Positions 1 to 10,069 of a stretch of DNA of 64,000 bases are shown here, one piece after another. Numbering within the stretch: the stretch's first letter is position 1; each line of letters opens with the position of its first letter. The DNA is from Vulcanimicrobiota bacterium (GTDB lineage Bacteria; Vulcanimicrobiota; Vulcanimicrobiia; Vulcanimicrobiales; Vulcanimicrobiaceae). A model generated the notes under the pieces. That model had not been told where the DNA came from, made no database searches, and saw only the letters and a list, made by a program, of their open reading frames with translations. Position numbers and translations under genes: made by a program. The stretch covers positions 1,003,653 through 1,067,652 of the forward strand of contig CAWCIZ010000003.1 in the NCBI GenBank assembly GCA_963795855.1. Direction: 5' to 3'.

Positions 1-863
1 TGGCGCCGGTCGAACCGGTACCGGACCGTGACGTGCTCGTTGGAAACAATTTCGGCATTGCGCAAACCCGGGTCATCCGGCGGCGCGGTGAACGTCAGCA
101 CCAGCGTGCGATGCGTGCCGTACTCTTCTTTGATGCGCTCGATACCCCCGTCGTAAATCACCGTGCCGTTGTCGATGATCACGATGCGCCGGCACAGGCG
201 TTCGACGTCGGCCAGGTCGTGCGTCGTGAGGATCACCGTGGTTCCGCGTTCCTCGTTGATGTGACGCACGAATTCGCGTATCGCTTCTTTGGCGATGACG
301 TCCAAGCCGATCGTCGGCTCGTCCAAGTACACGATACGCGGATCGTGCAGCAGTGCCGCCGCGAAATCGCCGCGCATGCGCTGCCCGAGCGAGAGCTGCC
401 GGACGGGCGTGCGAAGGAACGGCTCCATTTCGAGAATGCGCGTGAACGTCTGCAGATTCGCATCGTACCGCTCGCGCGGGATGCTGTAGATGGCGCGCAG
501 CAGTTCGAACGATTCCACCAGCGGCAAATCCCAGTACAGCTGGCTTCGCTGCCCGAAGACCACCCCGATGTTGCGCGCGTTGCGTTTGCGATCGCGGTAT
601 GGAACGATGCCGGCGACCTCGATCGTGCCCGACGTCGGAACGAGGATTCCGGTGAGCATTTTGATCGTCGTGGACTTGCCGGCGCCGTTCGGCCCGATGT
701 AGCCGACCAATTCGCCGGCTTCCACGTCGATGTCGACGTCTCGCACCGCGGCCTTCTCTTCGTAACTGCGCGTGAAGAGCGTGCGCATCGCTCCCGCCGC
801 ACCCGGCAGACGCTTGACCGAGCGGAAGACCTTGTTCAACCCCCGCGTGCGGATGATGGGCAT
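1..863 (-). CDS. ABC-2 type transporter ATP-binding protein (3' end runs off the window)
   Basis: Translated by hand, since it is absent from the ORF track: MPIIRTRGLNKVF..., Walker A GPNGAGKST, signature LSLGQRMR, Walker B YLDEPT, H-loop TTHD; GAGGA upstream of the ATG. Confidence 0.92.
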   Translation of the reverse strand, partial: MPIIRTRGLNKVFRSVKRLPGAAGAMRTLFTRSYEEKAAVRDVDIDVEAGELVGYIGPNGAGKSTTIKMLTGILVPTSGTIEVAGIVPYRDRKRNARNIGVVFGQRSQLYWDLPLVESFELLRAIYSIPRERYDANLQTFTRILEMEPFLRTPVRQLSLGQRMRGDFAAALLHDPRIVYLDEPTIGLDVIAKEAIREFVRHINEERGTTVILTTHDLADVERLCRRIVIIDNGTVIYDGGIERIKEEYGTHRTLVLTFTAPPDDPGLRNAEIVSNEHVTVRYRFDRR

Positions 864-915
864 CGTGTCCTCTTTACTCCAGGCCTCGGGCGGCCCTCGG
901 AGGGAATAGGTTGGC

Positions 916-1518
916 GTGGTCATTACGATCTCCAACCGCTACGGATGCGGCGCCATTGCGATAGCGCATCTGGTCGCGGACCGCCTCGGTTACGCCTACG
1001 TCGACGACCAGTTGCCGGTGGTGGTGGCCAAAAGGCTAATGACCTCGGCGGCGGCCGTCATATCGGCCGAGGACGCCGCAAAAACCATGAGCGAGCGGAT
1101 GTTGCTGGCGCTGGAATCGGGAACGCCGGAAGTGCGCGGTCAGGCGGCGGCGTCATTCGACGAAGAGTGTCTGTACGAAGTGCAGGAAGCCGTTCGCGAG
1201 TATGCGTCGCACGGGAATGCCGTCATCGTCGGACGCGGCGCGAACGCTATACTCGGCCGGCGCCCCGACATTCTACGCGTCTTCATGCACGCGCCGCGCG
1301 ACTGGCGCGTCCACCACATCATGGACGGGCACCGCGTCGACGAGAAGACGGCCGCTTCCGAAGTCGAGCGTATCGACCGCGCGCGGGGCGAATACATGCG
1401 CGTCTACTACGGCGTGGCGTGGACGGATCCGGAGAACTACGATCTCTGCATCGATACGTCGACGTTCGCACCTGCGGCCTGCGCCGAAATCGTCGTTCGC
1501 GCCGTCCGGCCGCAATGA
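916..1518 (+). CDS. Cytidylate kinase-like family protein
   Basis: VITISNRYGCGA degenerate P-loop, VIVGRGAN, C-terminal YDLCIDTS. Confidence 0.88.
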   Translation: MVITISNRYGCGAIAIAHLVADRLGYAYVDDQLPVVVAKRLMTSAAAVISAEDAAKTMSERMLLALESGTPEVRGQAAASFDEECLYEVQEAVREYASHGNAVIVGRGANAILGRRPDILRVFMHAPRDWRVHHIMDGHRVDEKTAASEVERIDRARGEYMRVYYGVAWTDPENYDLCIDTSTFAPAACAEIVVRAVRPQ

Positions 1519-2759
1519 TCGAACGCACGCTCCCGCGCCGCCGCATCTCGCTCTTTTCCTCGCTGCAATTCCGCGATTTCCGGTTGCTCTGGTTCGGCCT
1601 GCTCATCTCCAACCTCGGCTCGTGGATGCAACTCACCGCTACAGGCTACTTCATCGCGAAGCTCGCGGCGGATCCGCATACCGCTTCGCTCTACTTGGGT
1701 TTTCAGGGTTTGGGACGAGCGATTCCCGTGCTGCTGCTCTCGCCGGTTGCGGGGCTCGTCGCGGATACGTGGCCGCGCCGGCGCACGCTGTACTGGACAA
1801 ATACGATCATGTCGCTGCTGGCACTGATTCTGGCGGTGTTCACTTCGCTGGGGTGGATGAACATCGTCGGCCTCATCCTGATCAACTCGGCGAATGCCGG
1901 GGCGATGTCGTTCGACTCACCGGCGCGCCAAAGTTGGGTTCCGCTGATGGTGCCTCGCGAATACATCGGAAATGCGATTGGGCTGAACTCGGTCGCGTTC
2001 AACGCCCCTGCTGTGATCGGACCGGCCGTCGCCGGCGTGCTGATCGCGTCGATCGGTATCGCCGGTTCGTTCTACGTGAACGCCGTCGCAACGATGGCGG
2101 TCGTCGTCGCGCTGATGTTCATGCAGCCGGCTCCGCCGAGCACCTCGATCCGCGACGAACCCTTCCTGCATTCGGTCGCGCAAGGTCTGCGCTTTCTATT
2201 TCAACACAAAATTCTGGGTGCGGTGATTACCGTGTTCATCGTCACGGCGCTGCTGGTGCGTCCGTACAGCACGCTGTTGCCCGCATTCATCGTCAACACG
2301 CTGCACGCAAACGCGAAAGGGCTCGGCGTCGCTATCGCGGCAACGGGCATCGGCGGTTTTGCCGGCGCGCTGCTGACGGCTTATCTCGGCGCTCGCGAAC
2401 GGCGCGGCGTCGTTTGGGCCGCTTCGGCGGTCGTGATGTCGTTTGGCGTCTTTTCCCTCGGCTTCATTTGGAATCTCTGGGTGACGCTGCCGGTGCTTTT
2501 TCTGATCGGCACGGCGACGCTCACCTTCCTGGGAGCGTCGAACACGCTCATTCAAACGCTTTCGCCGGACGACGTGCGAGGCCGCGCGATCTCGGTCTAC
2601 ACGATGGTCGCGCTTGGATTCGTGCCGGGCGGAGCGTTAATCGCCGGCGGGCTCGGCTCCGTGCTGAATCTGCACACCGCTTTCTTCATCGTCGGCGCGG
2701 CCAGCGCGGCCGTGGCGTTGTGGTTCTGGATCACGCGGCCCATCTTGCGCACCGTCTGA
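1515..2759 (+). CDS. MFS transporter (DUF894/EntS-like)
   Basis: ATGA overlap with the upstream gene; MIERTLPRRR...FRDFRLLWFG; motif A-like GLVADTWPRRR; about 12 hydrophobic segments. Confidence 0.92.
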   Translation: MIERTLPRRRISLFSSLQFRDFRLLWFGLLISNLGSWMQLTATGYFIAKLAADPHTASLYLGFQGLGRAIPVLLLSPVAGLVADTWPRRRTLYWTNTIMSLLALILAVFTSLGWMNIVGLILINSANAGAMSFDSPARQSWVPLMVPREYIGNAIGLNSVAFNAPAVIGPAVAGVLIASIGIAGSFYVNAVATMAVVVALMFMQPAPPSTSIRDEPFLHSVAQGLRFLFQHKILGAVITVFIVTALLVRPYSTLLPAFIVNTLHANAKGLGVAIAATGIGGFAGALLTAYLGARERRGVVWAASAVVMSFGVFSLGFIWNLWVTLPVLFLIGTATLTFLGASNTLIQTLSPDDVRGRAISVYTMVALGFVPGGALIAGGLGSVLNLHTAFFIVGAASAAVALWFWITRPILRTV

Positions 2760-2766
2760 TCGCGGC

Positions 2767-2796
2767 AAAAAAAAAGCGCGCCGCTAGCGGCGCGCT
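2767..2796 (-). terminator. Rho-independent terminator between convergent MFS and histone-like genes
   Basis: Perfect palindrome AGCGCGCCGC-TA-GCGGCGCGCT (2775-2796) next to A9, which reads as a U-tract on the minus strand. Confidence 0.85.
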
Positions 2797-2821
2797 GCAT
2801 AAAAAACGCCGGAGCGTTTAT

Positions 2822-3145
2822 TTAGGCGGCGGCTGCAGCCTTCTTCCGGCGGGATGTCTTGCGGCGACGGGTCGTCGCTTTACGAGTGGTCTTGCGAGCT
2901 GCTTTACGGCGCGTCGTCTTTTTGCGTCCGGCAGATTTCTTGCGTCCGCCGGCTTTTTTACGTCCGCCGGCTTTTTTACGGCCGCCGGCCTTTTTGCGTC
3001 CGCCGGCCTTTTTGCGGCCACCGGTTTTACGCGTGCTCTTGCGGCGCGTCGCTGACGACTTCTTCGCAGCAGATTTCTTGCGGCGCGGAGCCGCTTTCTT
3101 AGCAGCGGCTTTCGGCGCCGCTTTCTTCGTACGTTTGACTGCCAT
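2822..3145 (-). CDS. Histone H1-like basic DNA-binding protein
   Basis: 107 aa, K/R/A-rich with no acidic residues, GGRKKA repeats; GAAAGGA SD upstream, own promoter and terminator. Confidence 0.8.
   Translation of the reverse strand: MAVKRTKKAAPKAAAKKAAPRRKKSAAKKSSATRRKSTRKTGGRKKAGGRKKAGGRKKAGGRKKAGGRKKSAGRKKTTRRKAARKTTRKATTRRRKTSRRKKAAAAA
2918..3025 (-). repeat. 18-bp coding tandem repeat (about 6 copies, GGRKKA)
   Basis: Direct 18-nt units differing mainly at synonymous positions. Confidence 0.85.
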
Positions 3146-3200
3146 TTCTAGCTTAAGTCATCCTTTCTCCGGCTGACAAGCAGCCAGGGTTGTTGACTCT

Positions 3201-3229
3201 GTTATACACAATTACCGGCGTAAACGCAA
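3201..3229 (-). promoter_or_regulatory. Putative sigma70 promoter of the histone-like gene
   Basis: Minus strand TTGCGT-N17-TATAAC with TG upstream of the -10. Confidence 0.6.
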
Positions 3230-3260
3230 ATTTCAGTCATCGAACGATCGTGTGAGGACG

Positions 3261-4063
3261 ATGCGAATACAGGTTGACGACGCGACCATCGACGTTTCGA
3301 GCGACGGATCCGGCGATCCGATCGTGCTGATCCACGGCTTCCCGCTAACGCGCGAGGTGTGGGATTCGCAGGCCGCGCAGCTCGCTGCGCACGCGCGTGT
3401 GATACGTCCGGACATGCGCGGATGCGGACGATCCAGCGCGCCGGAAGGGCCGTATTTGATGGAAACGCTCGCCGGCGACGTTGCGGCGATACTTGATGCG
3501 ATCGGTGTCGAGCGCGCCGCGATCGTCGGTCATTCGATGGGCGGTTACGTTGCAATGGCGTTCTGCCGGATGTACGCAGAGCGGGTGACGCGACTGGGTT
3601 TGGTGTGCAGCAGACTCGCCGCCGACACGCCGCAAGCCGCAAAAGATCGCGAAATCTCACTCAGCGCGTCGAGCAAGAAGATCGCATCGACGCGATCGTG
3701 GACGCCTACGTGCCGCGAGAATTTGCGCCGGCAGCGCTTGAAGAGCGCTCGCCGATCGTCGCACACGCGCGCGCCATCGCAAAAGAAACGAGCGTGAAAG
3801 GCGCCGCCGCGCTACTTCGCGGAATGGCACAGCGCGTCGAATCGTACGACATTGCCGAAGATCTCGACATGCCGGTGCTCGTGGTGGCCGGTGCCGCCGA
3901 TCGGATCGTGGGGGTGGCGGAAGCGCAAGAGATGGTCCGGGCGTTCCCTCGGGCCGAGCTTCGGGTGATGAGCCGCAGCGGCCACCTCCCGATGCTCGAG
4001 GAACCGGACGCCCTCGGAGACGCGCTTCTCAGATTCGCGCGCAGCGGCGGATCAGGTTTATAA
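3261..4063 (+). CDS. Alpha/beta fold hydrolase (frameshift near 3660)
   Basis: HGFP oxyanion motif and GHSMGG nucleophile elbow in one frame; GAADRI and SGHLP in the next frame. Confidence 0.88.
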
Positions 4064-4196
4064 GGAAGAGGATGCCGAGGATGACCGCGGCCGCGACGGC
4101 TGCCGTGAGGAGCAGGGGGATGACGAAGTGCAGGACGGCTAGGATCACCAGGATGGCAACCACGAGCAGTACGATGCGCAGGTAGACGTTGAGCAT
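4029..4196 (-). CDS. Small (55 aa) two-helix membrane protein
   Basis: Translated by hand: MLNVYLRIVLLVVAILVILAVLHFVIPLLLTAAVAAAVILGILFLINLIRRCARI; AAGGAG upstream. Below the ORF-track cutoff. Confidence 0.65.
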   Translation of the reverse strand: MLNVYLRIVLLVVAILVILAVLHFVIPLLLTAAVAAAVILGILFLINLIRRCARI

Positions 4197-4293
4197 GCCT
4201 TTTGCGGCTCCTTCGGGTGTACTTCTTTCATCTATCTACCGATAGTATCGGTAAGGGTTTCGGGCCGCTTCGGCCCGCTTCAAGGAGGACTCC

Positions 4294-4452
4294 ATGGACG
4301 TCGGCGCGCTGGCGAGCAGCATGATGCTCTCGAACACCGCATCCGCGATTACCACCGGCGTCATGAAGGACGCTCAGAACCTCGAGAAAGATCTGGTATC
4401 GCGGCTGTTCGGCTCGATCGGGCTCGGAACGGGTGTAGACGCCTACGCTTAG
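4294..4452 (+). CDS. Small (52 aa) protein, YjfB/putative motility protein-like
   Basis: Strong SD AAGGAGG; MDVGALASSMMLSNTASAITTGVMKDAQNLEKDLVSRLFGSIGLGTGVDAYA. The C-terminal G-x-G-V-D-x-Y-A resembles YjfB. Confidence 0.7.
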   Translation: MDVGALASSMMLSNTASAITTGVMKDAQNLEKDLVSRLFGSIGLGTGVDAYA

Positions 4453-4506
4453 CTGATCGCGCCGGGAAGGCGCCGCGCTGCGTCGAACGTTTGTTCGTTC
4501 ACGCAC

Positions 4507-7114
4507 ATGGATCCGATTTTCGAAAACCTCCATCCGGACGTCGCGTCGTGGTGCGACGCGCATTTGCGCGAGCCTACGGTGCCGCAGCGTGCCGCAATAC
4601 CGCTCGGCCTGGACAAGCGTAATCTGCTGATCTCTTCGCCGACCGGAACGGGCAAAACGCTCGCGGCGTTCCTGCCGGTCATCTCGCGGCTCGCGGACCG
4701 CCGAGATCGTGACGAGCTGCATGCGCGCACGTTCGTACTCTACGTTTCGCCGCTGCGCGCGCTCGGTTACGACGTCGAACACAACGTTCGGCGCCCGATG
4801 CGCGAGATTGGGCTGCTCGAACGGCCGAACACCGAACGCGCACGCCTGCGGCGGGGCCGCATTCGCGAAACGCATGCGCGAACCGGCGTGCGGACGGGCG
4901 ACACGCCGCGCGAAGAACGCCGCTTGATGCTTTCGCGGCCGCCGCACATCCTCGTGACGACGCCCGAATCGCTTTCGGTCATGCTGGCGATGGAGTCATA
5001 TCGCAAGACGCTCGCCGCCGTCGAGACGGTCATCGTCGACGAAGTGCACGCTCTTGCCGGGAACAAGCGCGGCTCGCAACTCGCGCTGCTGCTCGAGTCG
5101 CTCGAAGAGATCGCGCCGCGAGCCCTTCAACCGGATTGGTCTGTCGGCCACTATTAGCCCGCTCGATCGCGTCGCACAGTTCCTGGCCGGCACCGGGCGA
5201 AGCTGTGAGATCGTCGACGCACGCGGGTTACGCTCGATCTCCATCGACGTGGTGGCGCCGTTCACCGGCGCCATGGCGCCGCTGCCCACGATTGCGCGCA
5301 CGGCCGCGGACTTGAGCGAACGCGAACGCTCGACGCTGGTCTTCACCAACGTTCGCAGTCAAGCCGAGCGCGTCGCGCACGACATGGCTGCGTACGTCGA
5401 GCCGGATGCGCTCGAAACGATCGACGGCGAGCAGCGCGAAAAAGTCTACGACGCGCGGATCGGCATTCACCATTCCGCGCTCGAACGGAGCGTGCGCCAT
5501 CGCGTGGAAGCGGCACTGCGCGCCGGAAAACTTCGTACGGTCGTCTGCAGTTCCAGTCTGGAACTCGGCGTAGACATCGGGTGGATCGACCGCGTGCTGC
5601 TGATCGGCGGCGCCCGCGGCATGACGGCGGCGCTTCAGCGCGTGGGGCGCGCGGGACATCGGCCCGGTGCGGTAGCGCGAGGCACGATCATCGCGCAAGA
5701 TCGCGACGACATCATCGAAGCAGCCGCGACCAAGCGATGCATCGCCGACGGCGTGCTGGAAGAGGCGGCGATTCCGCAAGCGCCGCTCGACGTGCTCGCG
5801 CAGTGGCTCGTCGGCTTAGCCTGTTACGATAGGCGCGTACCGCTCGAACAAGCGCTGTGCATCGCGCGTCGCGCGTACCCGTACGCGGATTTGCAGCGCG
5901 ACGATCTCGTGCGCTGCGCGCAGTACCTTGCGGGCGCGGGTGCCGGTCCGGACGAAGCGCACGTGCGACGGTTGGGCTTCGACGGCGAAGCGCTGTACGG
6001 GCTGGGGCGTGAAGTCTGTTCCGCGTTTTTCGAAAACGTCGGCACGATTCCGGACGAGCAGCATGTGACGGTCCGCATCAAGGGCGGGAACGCGGTAGGA
6101 CGCGTCGAGGAAAGTTTCGTCAACGACCTGCAGGTCGGAGACGTCTTCGTTCTCAACGCGAAGACGCTGCGCGTGAAAGAGATCGGCGCGAGCGGAATCG
6201 TCGCGGAGCCGTTCGCGGGCCGGCCGACCGTACCGCAGTGGAGTTCGCATCTCAAAGGCATTCCCGTTCCGCTCGCGCGCGAAATACACACGCTCCGTAA
6301 CGGCGTCGCGGAACGGCTGCGAGCGGGTGAACCGGGGCCTGCGCTGGAGTGGCTGAAAGTTCGCTACGGACTGCGAAGCGCGGAAGCCGCGCACGTCGTT
6401 CGATACATCGCGCAGCAGTCCGCAATCTCTGCGATTCCTTCGGAGCGAAAACCTATCGTCGAAATTTATCGGATGGACCGGCGCCAAACCGCAGTGTATC
6501 ACACCGGCGCAGGACGCCGCGTCAACGAAACGCTGGCGCGCGTCGTCGCCGCGCGCGTCTATTCGCAGATTGGCGCAAACACGACGCTGACGACGGATGA
6601 CGGCGGCTTCATGCTGACGCTCCCTCGAGGCAAGACGCTGGCCGATGAGGCTTGGGCAGCACTGCTGCATGCGGAGAACTTCGATCGCGATTTGCTGGCG
6701 GGCTTGCGGTCCTCGCATCTGCTTCGCAACTTCTTCCGGTATGTCGCGAACACCGGGCTGCTCGTTCTGCGCCGTGCCGGAGGACGCGCGCTGCGGCGCG
6801 GAACGCTCGCGTGGAATAGTCAGAAGATTTTCGAGCGCCTCTACGCCGCAGATCGAAAGTTTCCGTTGCTGCGCGAAACGTTTCGCGCCGTCACCCGCGA
6901 TGTGCTGGACGTGCCGGCTGCGCACGAGTACGTCGATGGAATCGAGGGCCGCCCGCGCGTGCTGCATCCGCTCGCGGCTTCGCCGTTTACGTTCGGTATT
7001 CTGACCTCCAGTTTCGGCGATTCCGTGATGCTCGACGATCGCGCAAGCATGGTGCAAGCGCTTCACGAGCGCGTGCTCGAAGTGCTCGGCGAGGGCGAGG
7101 CAACGGCGGTATGA
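4507..7114 (+). CDS. lhr: Lhr-core SF2 DEAH-box helicase (frameshift near 5120)
   Basis: PTGTGKT, YVSPLRAL, TTPESL, DEVH, GLSAT, SSLELGVDIG, QRVGRAGH; about 870 aa when the two frames are joined. Confidence 0.9.
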
Positions 7115-7887
7115 ACGGCGCACCGCGGCCCGCCGCGTCCGTCGTGCCGCTGCTCTGCGGCGCGAGCGCGGCCGCACCGGGCGTGCTGTGGCTGCACGAA
7201 AGCCGCGCAATCGTTGCGGCGGACGTGCACTTTGCGTACGAGCACGTCATCGGCGCGGCGCTCCCCGCCTGGAGCACCGCGGAAATCGTCGCCTCGCTCA
7301 CGATAGCGGCGCGAAGTTTCCAAGCGAACGAAATCGTTTTGCTCGGCGACGTCATCCACGGCAGCCGCATGAGCGAGGCTGCCGCGCGGTGCGTGCGCGA
7401 CGCGTTGGACGTGCTGCGCGGCATCGCGACGCTCACAATCGTTGCCGGAAATCACGAAGGCCGATCGCGCGGTGCGGCGGTGCTGGGTGAAACGGTGGAA
7501 TCCATCAGACGCGACGGCTGGCTTTTGCTGCACGGCGATCGTCCGCCTCAGGGCGTCGATAGTTTGTTCACGCGCAGCATCATCGGACATTTGCATCCGA
7601 GTCTCGCGCTGCGTGCGGGCACCAGCGCGCCTGCGTTTCTGGCTTCCGACAAGCTGATCGTTTTGCCGGCCCTCACGCCGTACTCTCGCGGGCTCGACGT
7701 TTGCTCGGAAGCTTGTGCGAGTGCGCTGCTCCCGTGGGGTGTATCGCCGCGCGATCTCTGCGTTGTAATCGCCGCGGGCGAGTTGCTCTATCCGTTCGGT
7801 CTGCTTTCCGAACTGCGGCGTGTCGTGAACGCCGATGAAGGTGCGCTAGTGCGCAGAAAACCCGGACACCGCGGCCGGCAGCCATGA
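7111..7887 (+). CDS. Lhr-associated metallophosphoesterase (PdeM/MPE-like)
   Basis: ADVH, LGDVIH, GNHE, LHGD, GHLHP motifs; ATGA overlap with lhr. Confidence 0.85.
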   Translation: MNGAPRPAASVVPLLCGASAAAPGVLWLHESRAIVAADVHFAYEHVIGAALPAWSTAEIVASLTIAARSFQANEIVLLGDVIHGSRMSEAAARCVRDALDVLRGIATLTIVAGNHEGRSRGAAVLGETVESIRRDGWLLLHGDRPPQGVDSLFTRSIIGHLHPSLALRAGTSAPAFLASDKLIVLPALTPYSRGLDVCSEACASALLPWGVSPRDLCVVIAAGELLYPFGLLSELRRVVNADEGALVRRKPGHRGRQP

Positions 7888-8628
7888 CGGGTGCGCGAAA
7901 ATCAGCGCGCTCCAAAATAGCAGCAACGACCCCGCGACCGGCACCGCGGCGCGCCCGCCGCGGGACGTCTTCTCGAAGATCATCAACGCGGTGAGCGCGG
8001 CCATCCACCACAGATTCGCAAAACCCGCGGCAAAGCCGATCAGCATGAGCGCCCAGCAGCATCCCACGCAGAAGAGCCCGTGGCGCGTTCCCAAGCTGAA
8101 TGCCGCCGCCGGACCACGCCGGTAATAGCGAACCAGAAAATTCGACGGAAGGCGGCACGCGCGCAGACACGCGTCCTTGAGCGGCGTGAACTGGAATACG
8201 CCCGCCGCCGCAAGCACGGCTCCGCTGATGAGCCAGGGATGCGCGGCCAGCCATGCGACGCGATCGACGGTGCGATGCAGCGCGACGTCGCCCGCGAATG
8301 CGAACGCTCCGAAAACCGACCACACCAGAACGTAACCACCGAGAAACAGCGTAATCGCCGTCGCAGGGCGCGCCTGTCCCGATGCTGCGATTGCGAACAT
8401 GCGCATGAACGGAAGGCTCGACGGCAGCATCATCGCCGCAATCATCACGAGCCAAGCGACGAGGAACAACGCGAGCGCAACTGCGCCAGGAGGTCCGCGC
8501 TCGATCAGCCGATCGTGATGCAGAAATACCGCCGAGCCGGAAACCTGCGCGGCAATGGCAATGCACCACGCGACCAGAACCGCGGCGGGAATTGCAATCG
8601 GCAATCCCGCCGGGCGCGTCGACTGCAT
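7846..8628 (-). CDS. DUF2182 predicted metal-binding integral membrane protein
   Basis: WLVMIAAMMLPS, FQFTPLKDACLRAC, GLFCVGCCWALM, IFEK motifs. Confidence 0.88.
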   Translation of the reverse strand: MQSTRPAGLPIAIPAAVLVAWCIAIAAQVSGSAVFLHHDRLIERGPPGAVALALFLVAWLVMIAAMMLPSSLPFMRMFAIAASGQARPATAITLFLGGYVLVWSVFGAFAFAGDVALHRTVDRVAWLAAHPWLISGAVLAAAGVFQFTPLKDACLRACRLPSNFLVRYYRRGPAAAFSLGTRHGLFCVGCCWALMLIGFAAGFANLWWMAALTALMIFEKTSRGGRAAVPVAGSLLLFWSALIFAHPSWLPAAVSGFSAH

Positions 8629-8629
8629 G

Positions 8630-9289
8630 CTAAACGCTATACGTGATGTTGTAGTCGCCCTGTATGGCGTTGCGGCCCTCGAACGACCAGGCCCAACCCT
8701 TGCCGTACTTCGTCGCATCGACGCGGTGATAACTCGCTTTCGAGACGTATGCCGGAGTGCCGGGTATCGTCGAAAAAATCGAGTCGCGCAGCGTCGTCGC
8801 GGTGCCGTCCGGTCCGTGATACGGCGACATGGATGCGCTGATGTACGTACCGGCCTTGAGTTCGCCCGCGCCTCCACGCACTTCGTGCGCGATCGGAACG
8901 CGTTCGAGTGCGACGATCTCGCCGACCAACTGCGCGAGGTCCGCGAGCGGGCCGCCGAGTTTGCCGGTATACGCATCCGTCAACGCCTGCACTTGCTGAT
9001 CGGTCGCCTTGTCGTCGACGAGCACGATAACTTTCCAGCTTTTCGGCGTGAGCACGTTGCCGGGAATTTTGCTCAGAAAAATCATCGAGAGACCGCTGAC
9101 GTCGACGCCCGCGATCTCGCCGCGATCGAAGTGATAGGCGACGAACGCATCGCACGTGCCGTTGTCCGGGTTTTCACCTATCCAACACGGACAAAGGACG
9201 TCGCACGAGCACGCCTCGAGAAGCGTGCCTTGGAGAGTGTAAATGGACGACTTTACCTGTTCCCGGCCGCCGGGCTGTACTGTTGCCAT
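8630..9289 (-). CDS. DUF1326 domain protein
   Basis: EACSCDVLCPCW...GTC Cys cluster; adjacent to DUF2182. Confidence 0.88.
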   Translation of the reverse strand: MATVQPGGREQVKSSIYTLQGTLLEACSCDVLCPCWIGENPDNGTCDAFVAYHFDRGEIAGVDVSGLSMIFLSKIPGNVLTPKSWKVIVLVDDKATDQQVQALTDAYTGKLGGPLADLAQLVGEIVALERVPIAHEVRGGAGELKAGTYISASMSPYHGPDGTATTLRDSIFSTIPGTPAYVSKASYHRVDATKYGKGWAWSFEGRNAIQGDYNITYSV

Positions 9290-9452
9290 GGCATAATCCC
9301 CTTCAGAGTATTAACCGAGGCCAACAGTATACTGCCGTACCGGGGCGGCGGTAACGTCTGAAAGTCCCCATATGCGGCGCGGTGGCCGAACGTAAGAAGT
9401 GGAGCTTTTGCTCGTCCGCGAAGTCTGCCGACACGGCGCCGGCTAGCAGTGG

Positions 9453-10004
9453 TTATCGCGCTGATGCGAGCACATCGAGCATGGAATAGATTGCACCCAC
9501 GTGCGGAACGGAATCGATGGTGCCGGTGCGCAGCATCGCCCGAACCTCTTCCAAAGTCGCCAGTTCGACGGCAATGTTTTCCGTGACGTCGAGGTGCTGC
9601 TCGCGCGTTTTTGACGCATCGCGCGCGAAAAACAGATGTGCGACGGTATCTGCGTTCGTGGGGTCCGTGACGAACGAGCGCACGAACTCCACGCGCTCGG
9701 CGGTGTAGCCGGTTTCCTCGGCGAGCTCGCGCACGGCCGTTTCGTGCGGAGCTTCGCCTTCGTCGATCGCTCCGGCCACGAGTTCGAGCAGCACCTTTCG
9801 GACACCGTGTTTGTACTGACGCACGAGCACGACGCGGCGATCGGGCGTCAGCGCGAACACGATCACGTAACCGCGGCTCTCGCGCACGAAGTAGTCGTCG
9901 ATGACGGTTCCATCCGGCAGTTTGATCCGGTCGCGCCGTATTCGCAGATATGGGCTGTCGATGACGTAAGAGGAAGCCGTGACCTGCCAACCAGGATCGT
10001 CCAT
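9453..10004 (-). CDS. NUDIX hydrolase (ADP-ribose pyrophosphatase-like)
   Basis: Nudix box GAIDEGEAPHETAVRELAEETGY. Confidence 0.92.
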   Translation of the reverse strand: MDDPGWQVTASSYVIDSPYLRIRRDRIKLPDGTVIDDYFVRESRGYVIVFALTPDRRVVLVRQYKHGVRKVLLELVAGAIDEGEAPHETAVRELAEETGYTAERVEFVRSFVTDPTNADTVAHLFFARDASKTREQHLDVTENIAVELATLEEVRAMLRTGTIDSVPHVGAIYSMLDVLASAR

Positions 10005-10069
10005 CGCCGCGCCACGTTCGCACGGCGCGCGGCGGGTCCCCGCTTCAACGTCGCGTAATGAGGCCCGCG

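Noticed and set aside
33..1514. Long N-terminal extension of the MFS ORF (908 aa)
   Set aside because: It is the antisense shadow of the ABC ATPase plus an off-frame read of the kinase-like gene.
2918..3025. Possible CRISPR or non-coding repeat array
   Set aside because: Contiguous 18-bp units without spacers, in frame within a protein; no cas genes.
4507..7887. Helicase + nuclease as an anti-phage defence system
   Set aside because: The motifs fit the known Lhr-core/MPE repair pair, and there is no defence-island or mobile context.
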